From contig CDRNST010000006.1 of the NCBI GenBank assembly GCA_977016875.1, positions 6,696,001-6,760,000 of the forward strand: a stretch of DNA of 64,000 nucleotides, given 5' to 3'. Of the stretch, positions 51,746 through 63,365 are shown piece after piece (position 1 is the first letter of the stretch; every line of letters starts with the position of its first letter). The translations under genes and the position numbers were made by a program. This DNA is from Pavona decussata (lineage: Eukaryota). Under the pieces are notes generated by a model. It was given only the letters and a program-made list of their open reading frames with translations. It was not told the origin of the DNA and did no database searches.

Positions 51746-52561
51746 GGCGTGCGTTTTCTCAAAACTCCCGAAAACTTTTCGGGTCCGAAAAGCTCCCCGT
51801 AAAGCTCCCAAAAAAGGATTTCTGGTGTCTCTCAAAGCATGCGAACATTTCGGACCCGAGAAAAGTCGTGTCATTTTCCCCCGATAATTTTTGGGTGCTA
51901 GAAAGCTCCCGAAATGCGTTTTCGGGAATGCTTTTTTTCAGTGAAATGGTTGTATTGCGTTACTATTACCAAGGAAAAAAGTTATCCAAAACGAGAGTGT
52001 GAGTTAATTGACAGATACTGGGCTAAACTCAATCTAAAAATGTCTAAAAACCAGGAGAAAATTTCTGAAAATCGCACAAGCTCGCACGCGCCGTTTAATA
52101 GTGGGCGCAAGAACTTTAAAGATTTTGTTGACTCCAGTAAATTTACGAAAGTATTTTTTGCAAATCTGTTATTTTCAGTTGAATTTTTAAAGAATGTCGA
52201 CCGACAAAGAAAAAGAAGAGAAATTCGTACTTAAAAAACTTGATTTAGGAGAGATTATGGACAAAATCAAGCTCGATAGTTTCCTCAGCGGTAAATCTGT
52301 TTTTAAGGACAGCATTTATGTAAATGTAAATTTATTTTGCAAGTGCAGTTGCAGTTCTCAGCTAGAAAAATTAAAAGTTGTAATAATAAAGCCGTGTACT
52401 TAAATAATCTTTCCAGCTCTAATCTAACTATCGTAGCCGACAACACGAAAAGATTCCCGAAAATATCGGGAGACAATTCGGGAAACTCTCGGTGTTTTGA
52501 GAAACACTTTTCGGGACCCGAGAAAAGCACCCGAAAAGCGCCCCGAAATGTTTTCGGGCCC
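51746..52561. mobile_element. Truncated non-autonomous DNA element with TTCGGG/CCCGAA subterminal motifs; right end lost together with flanking unit sequence
   Basis: Absent from sister type B spacers; clusters of 'ttcgggtccgaaaag / tcgggacccgagaaaag' near both ends; no intact TSD. Confidence 0.6.
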
Positions 52562-53837
52562 AAACGTGAAGCTATCGTGGCTTCTCGCGCGCGCTTTTCC
52601 GCGCGTGGCTTCAGTTACATGTGCTGTTTGCGTCTGTTTTGATGGGCCAGAGCGCATTGTTGTTGGCGCTGCGTCACATGGTTGAAAACTACTGTATAGT
52701 AAGGACACCACATTAGATTTGAACCCACACAGGATTGTTTCTCTTTCCAACAGGGTATACATTTTCATGGTAAAAAGGTGTTAAATATAAAGGCTGTTTT
52801 ACATGTAAGACGCAGTTGTAGGCAGAAGTACAAGAGCTCAAGCAACCCGGTTGTAAATTGACCGATGTGTCGCTGCATCGCTAGTTTAAACTGGCAAGCA
52901 GAAGGGAAATGGGAAACACACTGAACAGCGCCCTAGTAGTGTACCAACCCGTGTAAAAGTGACGAACAAAATATTGTCCTATGGTGCATGCGTTGTTCCT
53001 GTTGTCCCTTAGTCATTTAGAAAGCGGGGAAGTGGGGTAGAAGAGGGGTATAGTTTCAAATATAGGGAGTGGCTAATCCTAAAGGAAGTGACGGAATCGG
53101 AGAAAACTGAGGAAAAAAAATGGAAAGGATGAAAGTATCGCAAAGTACCCCTCCGAAAATAACTCCACCCAAAGAAGGGCCCCAAATCTCTATTATCTTC
53201 GATGATAAACCCAACAGACTACAGCTGAACCTATGGACTGTTGAGAGTTTCTGTTAGGCTGTTATTTCGTGTTTGACGATAATTTATGGTCTTCAAACCC
53301 AATCAATTCGAAATCCGCAAATCAGCTTTCCAATGTCAAACGCCCCTTTCCGCTAACAAGCCTACACCAGCCGAGACCCGTGTTGGTATTGAAAATTTAA
53401 CGAGGTGTGCGGAAACAAACTCTCGGTTCTTCAATATGAACACAAAAATTTTGTGTTGATGTTAGTGAGAAGTTAGGGCGCTGTAGGTCATTCCTTAGAC
53501 ACGCTACTGGTCAGTTCCATATAAAGGACCTTTCACAAGTACCCAATTCTGCGATAAAAATTTTCATTTGACAGTCGCCTGGTAGAAACAAGTTTTCATT
53601 TGTCACTCGCATTTTCCAAACTTTTTTTTCTTTTCGTTGTTTTATCACTCTTTTTGTTCCATTCAAAATGATCGATTTCACACGGCTTGCGATGATTAAC
53701 AAAATCTTTATTAATTTATTCCTGAAAGACTACATAATTTCGTATCTTTATCATCTACGGATCACAGTTTGTTCTAAATCAAGTCCGGGGTGAAATGCTG
53801 CGACCCCGTTTAACACGCTGTTACATCTGTGAACGCA

Positions 53838-55372
53838 TCAGAGATGAGCTCCCAACCACCACTGGGTGGTAGATTGGCTTCCCTGTGTGCAGCGGAACTT
53901 GGGGTTGATTCGGTCATAGTAGCCTGAGTTGTCTTCATATCTCACTGAACCTGACTTTGGCTTAAACTGACAGGTAGTGGATGAACTGTCAATATGCACG
54001 ACGTAGCTTTTAGCGATCTGCCAAAAAGGTACCGTTTGGTGGATCCCGATGTGTCCGTGGGTGTTGATGTATTCACCTTTTTTGCATTTGTTGCTACCAA
54101 TGTAATCCACAATGTTGAAGTCTTTAAAGCTTCCACGAACGTAATCTCTGAAATCGACGCCGTGGGTCGGGTAGCTGCATGTTGCTCGCCAGTGAGTGGA
54201 GTGACTCTGTAGGGACTTCATTCGTGCCAAACTCAGGCGGCACAGATTCCAGTTCTGTGCGTTCTCGTTCACTGGAGAGTTGTACTTGAAAGGAATCTTC
54301 TGAAAAGCGGGCAGCTTACGATTTAGAGCACTCCAGGAGGTGATTAGGGTCCAGGCAGTGCCAGGCTCGGACTTGAGATCACAGTAAGCCGGGTAACTGT
54401 TTCCGTCATTATCGTAAAGCCTGTAGACGCCACATTTTGATGCTCCTCTCAGCAGATAATCAAGGCAGGAGTTTGGACGGAAGAGTTTTCGCTTAATTCT
54501 AGTTGGTTTAGGACAATCGTCTCCCTAGAAAAAAAGAGAGAGAGAGAGAAAAAAAAACGAACAATGAATTAAAATCGTGGACCTTTTTGGCGCGAAAAAT
54601 ATCGCATTATGGTCCACGACTCCAGTAATGTACAGATCAGTTCAGACATCTACATTGTGAGGAGCGAATCCAGGGATCAACGTGGTCGACCGGATTTTGT
54701 TGTTGCAATTGCTCTGATTCTAATCTTTTTTCGGTTTCAGGATAGTTTGAAGTCCTGATAATATTTTTAATATTTTTTTTACTAAAATATCTTAAAAAGC
54801 GCATGAAATTACAAAAATAGATAAACTTGTGAGCTCTCACTAGGCAAGAAAAACTCGAAACTTACACATTAGTGTGTGAAGTATTTTACCTTGCATCCCA
54901 GTGTAAGAACTCGTTTGTGCCGTCTGTGCTCAGCAGCTGCTGCAAGTGCCTAGAAGATGATGAAAAACGATTTTAAATTTAGACAGATGAAGAGTGAAGG
55001 TCTTATTCTTGTAAATAAATCAGTCACGGGATTTTGCCCATCAAATAACTGAGATCCTGCGATTCCTGCGATTTTGTAGGTTCAAAAAGGTAAATGGCGT
55101 GAGCAATTATAATATAATTATCAAATTTCTTGCTCATTTGGCCTTACTAAGCAAAACTAGACAAGCGTATTAAGCCCTAAAATAGGCTCAATAAAACGGT
55201 CATTTCCTTCCTGCTTGCCGGTTTGAGTTTCGTTCCTAACATTTTCAGTTTTGTGATAATTTTGCACGTTCAACACTGGAAAAGATCGTCACATGAATAG
55301 TATTGTGTCGCAGACAAAACACGTACGAGAAAAGTGATGCCAGTAAAAGCCGCGATTATCTTAAAATGCCAT
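53838..55372 (-). pseudogene. g6: probable pseudogene of the family; exons 55372-55327, 54949-54890, 54524-53838
   Basis: Exon 1 is 46 bp (extra T), reading ATG GCA TTT TAA. Exon 3 is open but has substitutions at otherwise invariant sites (LYR>LCR, KVE>KGE, NIRG>NTHG, DNFG>DNSG). Confidence 0.8.
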
Positions 55373-58300
55373 CGTTAGTTTTCCTCGAAATACCGTTTTT
55401 AATTTAACTTGAAGAAAGAAACAAGGTTTGGAAACTGCTTCGCTGCTGACCGCAAGTGTCTCCTCAACAAACGAGCAGTCTAGGTTGTGTGTTATATTAC
55501 GTAGCACCAAAATATCAGGTAAATAAATCAAAAACACGAAAACGTACTCCACAGAACATGTTTTGTGTAATAGACAAAGAAGCAAAAACAAAATCGGTTG
55601 TTGCTGTGACAACTTGATGTCAACCGGAGTTTGCCATTTTCATTTTTCTTGGTTCGTTTCTAGAGCAGTGCACGGCAAGCAAGGTGTTAAGTCTGGGATC
55701 ATTTATTTATCCAAGAGACAACTTGAAACTGAATGAAGATTCTTTCGATAAAAAGCATTATTATTCTTGTTGACTGTTAAAAAGATTTTTGTTTTTGATT
55801 TTGACGTTTTTTGGTTAATGCGCTGTAACACTGAATGCATTATTTTGAGTCGGAGCAAACAATAAATTTGAAACTTCAGTCCTCTTTCATCCTGTGAGAA
55901 AGAAATTTTCTCCCTTTTCTGTTCCGAAGCAAAAAGGAAACCGCTGGCTTGCAGGGTAGTTCCCATTACATAAGAAAAGATATACGCTGCTACAAGTCGT
56001 ATGTCTATACTTACGATTCACCCGCTATAATTTGTCAAAGTCAATTTGGTGGGTTCTCGTACAGCTAGTCACTCAAAGGTTGTGAATGTTTACAGGATGA
56101 ATTGTTTAGTTGTATATGTACACTGTACGTAATATTCAATATATATTCCAAATTTGGAAAATGTTAGTAAAATTTTATATGCCATACCTTACGATTCCAC
56201 ACCTCATTCAGATCGAGCCGTATTTTTGCATTTTTCATTTTGAGTTCAGTCAGTGATTTGAGGAATCAGTGTTTGGATTGTTGACATTAAATGTAACTAG
56301 TAATAATCAAGGATTAGTGAAGTGCGTTCGATCTGTCTTATTTCTGCTAAAATTAAAGGGTTCTTTATTGTTTTGAATAAACCACAAATTCGTTAGCAAA
56401 AGTGGATTTTAGGGAGGAGGTTATCGAGAATTACCATGCGTTAAACTTTGTTCTGGTACAATGCAATAAACTGAATGTAGCAAAACTCAACACAGTCAGT
56501 GATTTGAGGAATCAGTGTTCTGATTGTTTACATAAAACATAACAATTTCCTACCTAAGGAGATTTTGGCAGTGAAATTAAGGAACAAAGTAAGTCTGCAT
56601 GCTGGAATATTGAGACCTGCGCTTGTGTTAACTTTTTCCGAATCAACAAGCCCACGAGCCCCATTTTCGCATGGGAGATGAACATGTATTTAGGAATACG
56701 ACGCAAATTATTTGGGTGCGAATCAATTTGTGGCCGGGATATTCAAACTCCGTAAACTAAAGAAATTTGGCCAAAAGCTTTGGCTGATCAAATTTGTGAA
56801 CTCTAGGCTCTAAAAGAGTCACACCATCAACTTTTGTCTTTTCCTCATATTTCTCTAAATTGATGTACCGTGGACTTAACAGACGAATGTCCGATGGAAA
56901 CCAAAAAACGCGAATGTCATGCAGCTTTCTACCAAACCTTTATTTCTCAGCGTTGATCAGAGAATCTTTTACCAAACCGAGCACCTTATAACTGAGTATT
57001 CTGGGTTTGAACATCTTTGAAATCATTTTTACAGAAATTATTTTTCATCGGATGCATATACAAAGGCAACATTTAGCGCCATATTTGCCATAATTCAAAA
57101 TGGCGTACACTCCCAGGCAAAAAAGATTCCCTCTTCCCCTCTCACGAGCATTTACAATGCGAAAAGATCGCTAACCAAACTACAAGCTTTTTTTTAGGAA
57201 TTGGTAGGCAAGTCTGTAGCATTCTGAAATAGCTGGATGTCTGATAAAACATTTGGTTGTTGAAGTCAATCGACTGTATCCATGTTTTTGTGAGAAACTG
57301 TTCCCGCCATTTAGTTTCAGTGCAAGCGATTCGCGAATCCATATTGTCACAATATCTCACTTGTGTAATCAAAACATCGCTATCTTGTAAAACTCAACCA
57401 AGTTACACCTTCAAACACGAAATATACATATCAAGTACTTTTTTGTGAGCACAAAGATGACAAATTGTTGTATGTATTTGACAATAAAGCGTGTCTTGTA
57501 TGGTCAGCACAATTAGTATGGCGCTTTTTAATTACCTCATTATGATACGCCTCACACATTTATGTCTGTGAAAGGCGACATGTTTTTTGTTGCTGTTGTT
57601 GAACAACATAATTTAGGCACATATTGTACGCAACATTGTTGTACGGAGTTTGTAAGGCTAGGAAAGATTTGATCTTCCACGTTCGTCTGAAGGGCGAAAT
57701 ATTATTCATCTTGTCATGAGAATTCTCCAAAGAGAATCACACCCATGATCTTCCGCATACCAAGTTACTGCGAGAGTCGTGGTAAAGTGGGTCATGGAGT
57801 CGGTTAGAGATTTAAGGATTACATGGAATGGCGACACGGTGATTCAGCGATCAAGGGCACACAGTTGTTCGATATGATCGATAGCTTATTTTTATTATAA
57901 CCGACGGAAAAGCCAGGCTTAATATTTTCGCTGGTTGTGTTACAGACACTGTATGAAATTTCCAATTAACAAACACGCGTTTCAGATTGCTGGTAAGATG
58001 ACTCACTGATTGGCATCACAAAACTGATAAAACAATCGAAAGTCAGTACAGCTTCGTCGAGCTTACATGCACCTGCCAAAATGTGACAAGAAATTCGAAC
58101 GCGGCTGGCTGATACGCATGCGCATCCAGGCTATCGTATTTTTGATACACGTGTTTAAAGCATTCAGAGTAGTATTTCAGTTGTCAATTATTTAAGCATA
58201 GCTTGTTTACTGACTCATGACTTGAACGGATCCAAGAGTTTTTACATTTTATTTGATAACACATACAATAGTACAGTAGAGAGGAACTCTGTATAGTCAC

Positions 58301-58937
58301 TGCCATGCAACGTAAATTAAAATACTTTTTACTTGCAGTGCATTCGATTGCCCCAGACTATGGAGGGGAATATTGGACAAAAATGTGGTTGGATCGTACC
58401 GTATTGCTTTGTATTCGGTGATGCTATGAACCTACCAGTACGGTACTATGTCGTACCCGGTAGGATGTTATATCGAAAACAGCGATGGTATTATATCGTA
58501 CCCAGTAACACAATTAATCCTTCGACATGCTATTATATCGTACCCGATGATGATATGTCGTACCCAGTGATGCTATATCGTACCCTGATGTCGTACCCGG
58601 TGATGCAATGTCGTACTCGGTGATGCAATGTCGTATCCGGTGATGCAATGTCGTACTCGGTGATACAATGTCGTACATTATGGTCAGCGGGTTTATTTTG
58701 CTTAGACAGGATCACGTGATATTTTTGTAGGCGGCCATTTTTTTTTTCGGCGAGAAGTCGGTAGAACAAGCAAATTTTGATTTATCACCAAAATATGGAA
58801 GGTCAACATCAGTCACCCTTTCAGCTGGTTAGCGTAAACATCAGAGCAGTGTTGAGTGATGTTATAAATAAGTTAGAAAGTACAGAGTATAGCAACAACA
58901 TCGGGACGACGAGATAAAACGTATCTGAGAAACGAAT

Positions 58938-59488
58938 AGGCTTTATCACGGTTTTCGACGCCATTTTGACGAGTAGGCAAACAGGCTCGAAATAACAGTG
59001 TTTGTATGGAAATCCGATGTCAAATGATTTTCATAAAACATCGTTTCTGAAAAATTCGTGAATTGGAAACTTTTGGCACTAGGAAATGGATTTTAAGAAA
59101 AATTTTGGAGGGATGTTGCTGTGCCAGAAAGCGTCCAGTCGTGTTTTGAAATTTCCATACATTTCCCTGTATTTTTTTCCCGCGAGCTATTTTTAGAGCA
59201 GTTCACGGCTGGTTAGTCTCCCTCGCAGCTGTTTTTAGTGTCGGCTGGTTCGCTAACAGACAAATGTATAGAAAGTTCAAAACACGACTGGACGCTTTCT
59301 GGCACAGCTACAGCCCTCTAATTTTTTTCTTAAAATCCTTTTCCTATTGCCAAAAGTTTCCAATTCATGAATTTTTCAGAAGCGATGTTTTATGAAAATT
59401 ATTTGACATCGGATTTTCATACAAACACTGTTATTTCGAGCCGGTTTGCCTACTCGTCAAAATGGCGTCGAAAACCGTGATAAGGCCT
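58938..59488. mobile_element. Fold-back MITE (551 bp, ~225-bp inverted arms), AT-flanked, nested in the TIR element
   Basis: aggctttatcacggttttcgacgccattttgacgagtaggcaaac... mirrored by ...gtttgcctactcgtcaaaatggcgtcgaaaaccgtgataaggcct; flanked by aAT / ATt. Confidence 0.88.
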
Positions 59489-60325
59489 ATTAAAGCTACA
59501 TTACATTTACATTAAGAGTTAAATTTATAATACACGTATTAGACGGGCTTATAAACGAGGGGGGGGGGGGGGGGCTTATATCAGGAACAATATCTTTGTT
59601 AGTAAATAGATGGGCTTATATCTGGGGGAGGGCTTAAAACCGGGGGGGGGGGGGGATTAACGTAAAATTTTTACCGTATAGTGGCTTTGACGGTTAAATA
59701 TAATGGCGTTTTGCCCAGAACACTCGGCCCCTAAGCGAGACAACGAGCATCCCCCGCGCCTCAACTGACCTGTTGCGTAAACTCACTAGGAATTCCCCAC
59801 ATGTTCTCATTTTCTCACGAGTGAGCCAGTTTAAGTAAAAGCTTATAACATTTTTTGTGAATTCAGTTGGGCTCTGGCATGGAATCCCTAATCTAAGTAA
59901 TATATCGATGCAAAATCTTATACTGATACAAGTTAAGTTTAACTAAGCTATTGGTAATTGGTATGTAAGTTTATTTTGATATCCTGTGAACTGATAATGT
60001 AATATATGCGTTAACTAAATAACCTCAAGTTTTCCGAGGCACAATCAACTGCCGGGCCTTGTTGTACTTGTTCATGTTCGCCGCTGGTGGATCCAGTCAC
60101 CGAGTTTTCTAGTTGTTGCAATGCATTTCTCGCATTGCGCAAAATTTCTGTCGCTCTGGAGAGAACATTCTTCTCGGACGTTTGCTTCGACACTTTTCAA
60201 AAGTTAGCTATGGAGGAGCAGACGACGCGAAGAGCAAGTCATATCACGTGATGTCAACTTCCCGCCTTTTCTCGTGAAAAAACCCCGCTGACAATGCTGT
60301 TCGCCGGCATCCGGACATTTACGAT

Positions 60326-60786
60326 ATGGCATCACCGAGTACGACATTGCATCACCGGGTAAGACATTGCATCACCGAGTACGACATTGCATCACCGAGT
60401 ACGACATTGCATCACCGAGTACGACATTGCATCACCAAGTACGACATTGCATCACCGAGTACGACATTGCATCACCGGGTACGACATTGCATCACCGGGT
60501 ACGACATTGCATCACCGAGTACGACAGTGCATCACCGAGTACGACATTGCATCACCGGGTACGACAGTGCATCACCGAGTACGACATTGCATCACCGAGT
60601 ACGACATTGCATCACCGGGTACGACAGTGCATCACCGAGTACGACATTGCATCACCGGGTACGACAGTGCATCACCGAGTACGACATTGCATCACCGGGT
60701 ACGACAGTGCATCACCGAGTACGACATTGCATCACCGAGTACGACATTGCATCACCGAGTACGACATTGCATCACCGGGTACGACG
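60326..60786. repeat. 20-bp tandem repeat (GTACGACATTGCATCACCGR, ~23 units) in the right TIR; ~4 inverted units at ~58589-58677 in the left TIR
   Basis: Seen directly; head-to-tail with no spacers. Confidence 0.97.
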
Positions 60787-61843
60787 TCAGGGTACCATAT
60801 AGCATCACTGGTACGACATATCATCATCGGGTACGATATAATAGCATGTCGAAGGATTAATTGTGTTACTGGGTACGATACAATACTATCACTGTTTCGA
60901 TATAACATCCTACCGGGTACGACATAGTACTGTACTGGTAGATTCATAGCATCACCGAAAACAAAGCAATACGGTACGATCCAACCACATTTTTGTCCAA
61001 TATTCCCTTCCATACCAGACAACGGAATAGGGTATCTCTACGATAGAGTAATGGTAAATTCATGTCATTATGATTCACATTAAAATTTTACGGCGCAATT
61101 TGCATGGCTAGCCTAAAAGAAGAGATGTCATTTTCTACCATATTATTGTAATTCTTAGACGCGAGAAGTCTAGAATTACTTTGCTAAAATTAGTTTTTGT
61201 GTGACGCGTTTGCGTAAGCCGTGAAGTTAAGACCAGTTTTTTTTTGAAAGCCTGAACGACGAGGAACCAATCAGTATCTTTTGTATGTCAAAAACGATAA
61301 GTCAATGGAATATTGTCTTTCTTTCTCCCCCTCTCTCGTCCTTTCCCGTTTAATCGTTAATTTGTATAATTTGTATATCAGTAGGATCTGCGCAAAAACA
61401 GTACTATTAATCGCAATCTAACGTAATTTGAAACTTGGGCCGTAATAAATTCGAATTCTATGTCGCGGCTTTTATACATTTTTTTTTTTATAAAAAAGGT
61501 TGTGTTGGTGATAGTGAGGAGTTAGGAGGATGTTGCTCCTTCCTTAAATACGTTACTGGTCGGTTTCATATGAGGGACTGTTGTACGGTGGAAAAAAGGT
61601 GCCATTTGTCACTCGCATTTTCCAACCTTTTTCGCTCTTTTGTTTTTCTCACCCCGTTTTTGTTCGTCTCAACATAATCCATTTCACACGCCTTGAGATG
61701 ATAAACAAAATCTTTATTAGTGTTCTCGTGGAAGACTACATAATTTTGTATTTTTATCATCTACGGATCACTGTTTGTTCTACATCAAATCCGGGGTGAA
61801 ATGCTGCCACCTGTTGGGTCGTGCTGTAGCTTCTCTGACCAGA

Positions 61844-63365
61844 TTAGAGATGAGCTCCTAACCACCACTGGGTGGTAGATTTGCCGTCCCGTGTGCAGCG
61901 GAACTTGGGGTTTACTGTGCCATAGAAGCCAAAGTTGTCTTCACTTGACAATGAGCCCGACTTTGGCTTAAACTGACAGGAGCCCGTGTGTGAACTTTCA
62001 ATATGCAGGGAGTAGGTGTTAGCGATCTGCCAAAAAGCTACCGTTTGGTGGATCCCGATGTGTCCGCGGACGTTGATGTATTCAACTTTTTTGCATTTGT
62101 TGTTCACGGCAAGGTCATCCACAATGTTGAAGTCCTTGAAGCTTCCCCGAACGTAATCTCTGAAATCAACGCCGTGGGTCGGGTAGCTGCATGTTGCTCG
62201 CCAGTGAGTGGAGTGCCTTTGTAGGGACTTCATTCGTGCCAAGCTCAAGCGGTACAGATTCCAGTTCTGTGCGTTCTCGTTCACTGGAGAGTTGTACTTG
62301 AAAGGAATCTTCTGAAAAGCGGGGAGCTTACGATTTAGAGTACTCCAGGACATGACTAGGGTCCAGGCAGTGCCAGGCTCGGACTTGAGATCACAGTAAG
62401 CCGGGTAACTGTTTCCGCCATTGTCGTAAAGTCTGTAGACGCCACATTTTGAGGCTCCTCTCAGCAGATAATCAAGGCAGGAGGTTGGACGGAAGAGTTT
62501 TCGTTCAATTTTAGTTGATTTAGGACAATCGTCTCCCTAGGAAAAAAAAAAACAAACAAAGAATTAAAATCGTTGACCTTTTTGGCACGAAAAATATCGC
62601 AATATTGTCCACGACTCCAGTAATGTACAGATCAGTTCAAACATTGATATTGAAAGGAGCGAATTCAGGGATCAACGTGGTCGACGGTAACTTCTTGTTG
62701 CAATTCACTCTGATTTTAATCTTCCCCGGTTTCAAGATAGTTTGAAATCCCGATAATATTTTTAATATTTTGTTTTACTAAAATATCTTAAAAAGCGACT
62801 GCAATTACAAAAAATAGAAAAACTTGAAACTTAAACATAAGTGTACGAAGTATTTTACCTTGCATCCCAGTGTAAGACCTCGTTTGTGCCGTCTGTGCTC
62901 AGCAGCTGCTGCAAGTGCCTAGAAGATGAAGAAGAGGAAAGATTTACTTTTACAGTTGAAGAGTGAAGATCATATTCTTGTACTTAAAATCAGTCACGGG
63001 ATTTTGTCCTTTGAATAACTGAGATCCTGAGATTCCTGCGATTTTGTAGGTTCAAAAAGGTAAACGGCGTGAGGAATTATAATATAATTATCAAATTTCT
63101 TGGGCATTCGGCGTTACTAAGCAAAACTATAGACAAGCGTACTAAGCCCTAAAATAGGCTAAATAAAACGGTCATTTCCTTTCTTTCCGGGTTAGGTCCA
63201 TGCATCACTTGCCGGTTTGGGTTTCGTCCCTAACATTTTAAGTTTGGTGATAATTTTGCACGTTTAACACTGGAAAAGATCGTTATATGAATAGTTTTGT
63301 GTCGCAGACAGAACACTTACGAGTAAAGTTATGCAAATAAAAGCCGCGATTATCTTAAATGCCAT
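61844..63365 (-). CDS. g7: secreted fibrinogen-related protein, 265 aa, most divergent copy; exons 63365-63321, 62918-62859, 62536-61844
   Basis: MAFKIIAAFICITLL/ALAAAAEHRRHKRGLTLGCK/GDDCPK...; two extra codons in the variable C-terminal half; TAA stop and a distinct proximal 3' UTR. Confidence 0.9.

Larger units (their letters stand above)
58359..61014. mobile_element. Non-autonomous long-TIR DNA transposon with 6-bp TSD (IS3EU-like)
   Basis: Termini TATGGAGGGGAATATTGG...CCAATATTCCCTTCCATA; ~230 bp of unique TIR plus 20-bp repeat arrays; TSD CCAGAC at 58353-58358 and 61015-61020; empty site 'gccccaggcaacgg' at ~18256 and ~41078. The family call rests on TAY..RTA ends plus the 6-bp TSD. Confidence 0.85.

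Noticed and set aside
60326-60927. Repetitive ORFs (HHRVRHCITEYDIASPSTTL)n and a CRISPR-like appearance
   Set aside because: Head-to-tail 20-bp satellite with no unique spacers and no cas genes, in a eukaryotic context; the ORFs arise because the unit lacks stop codons on that strand.
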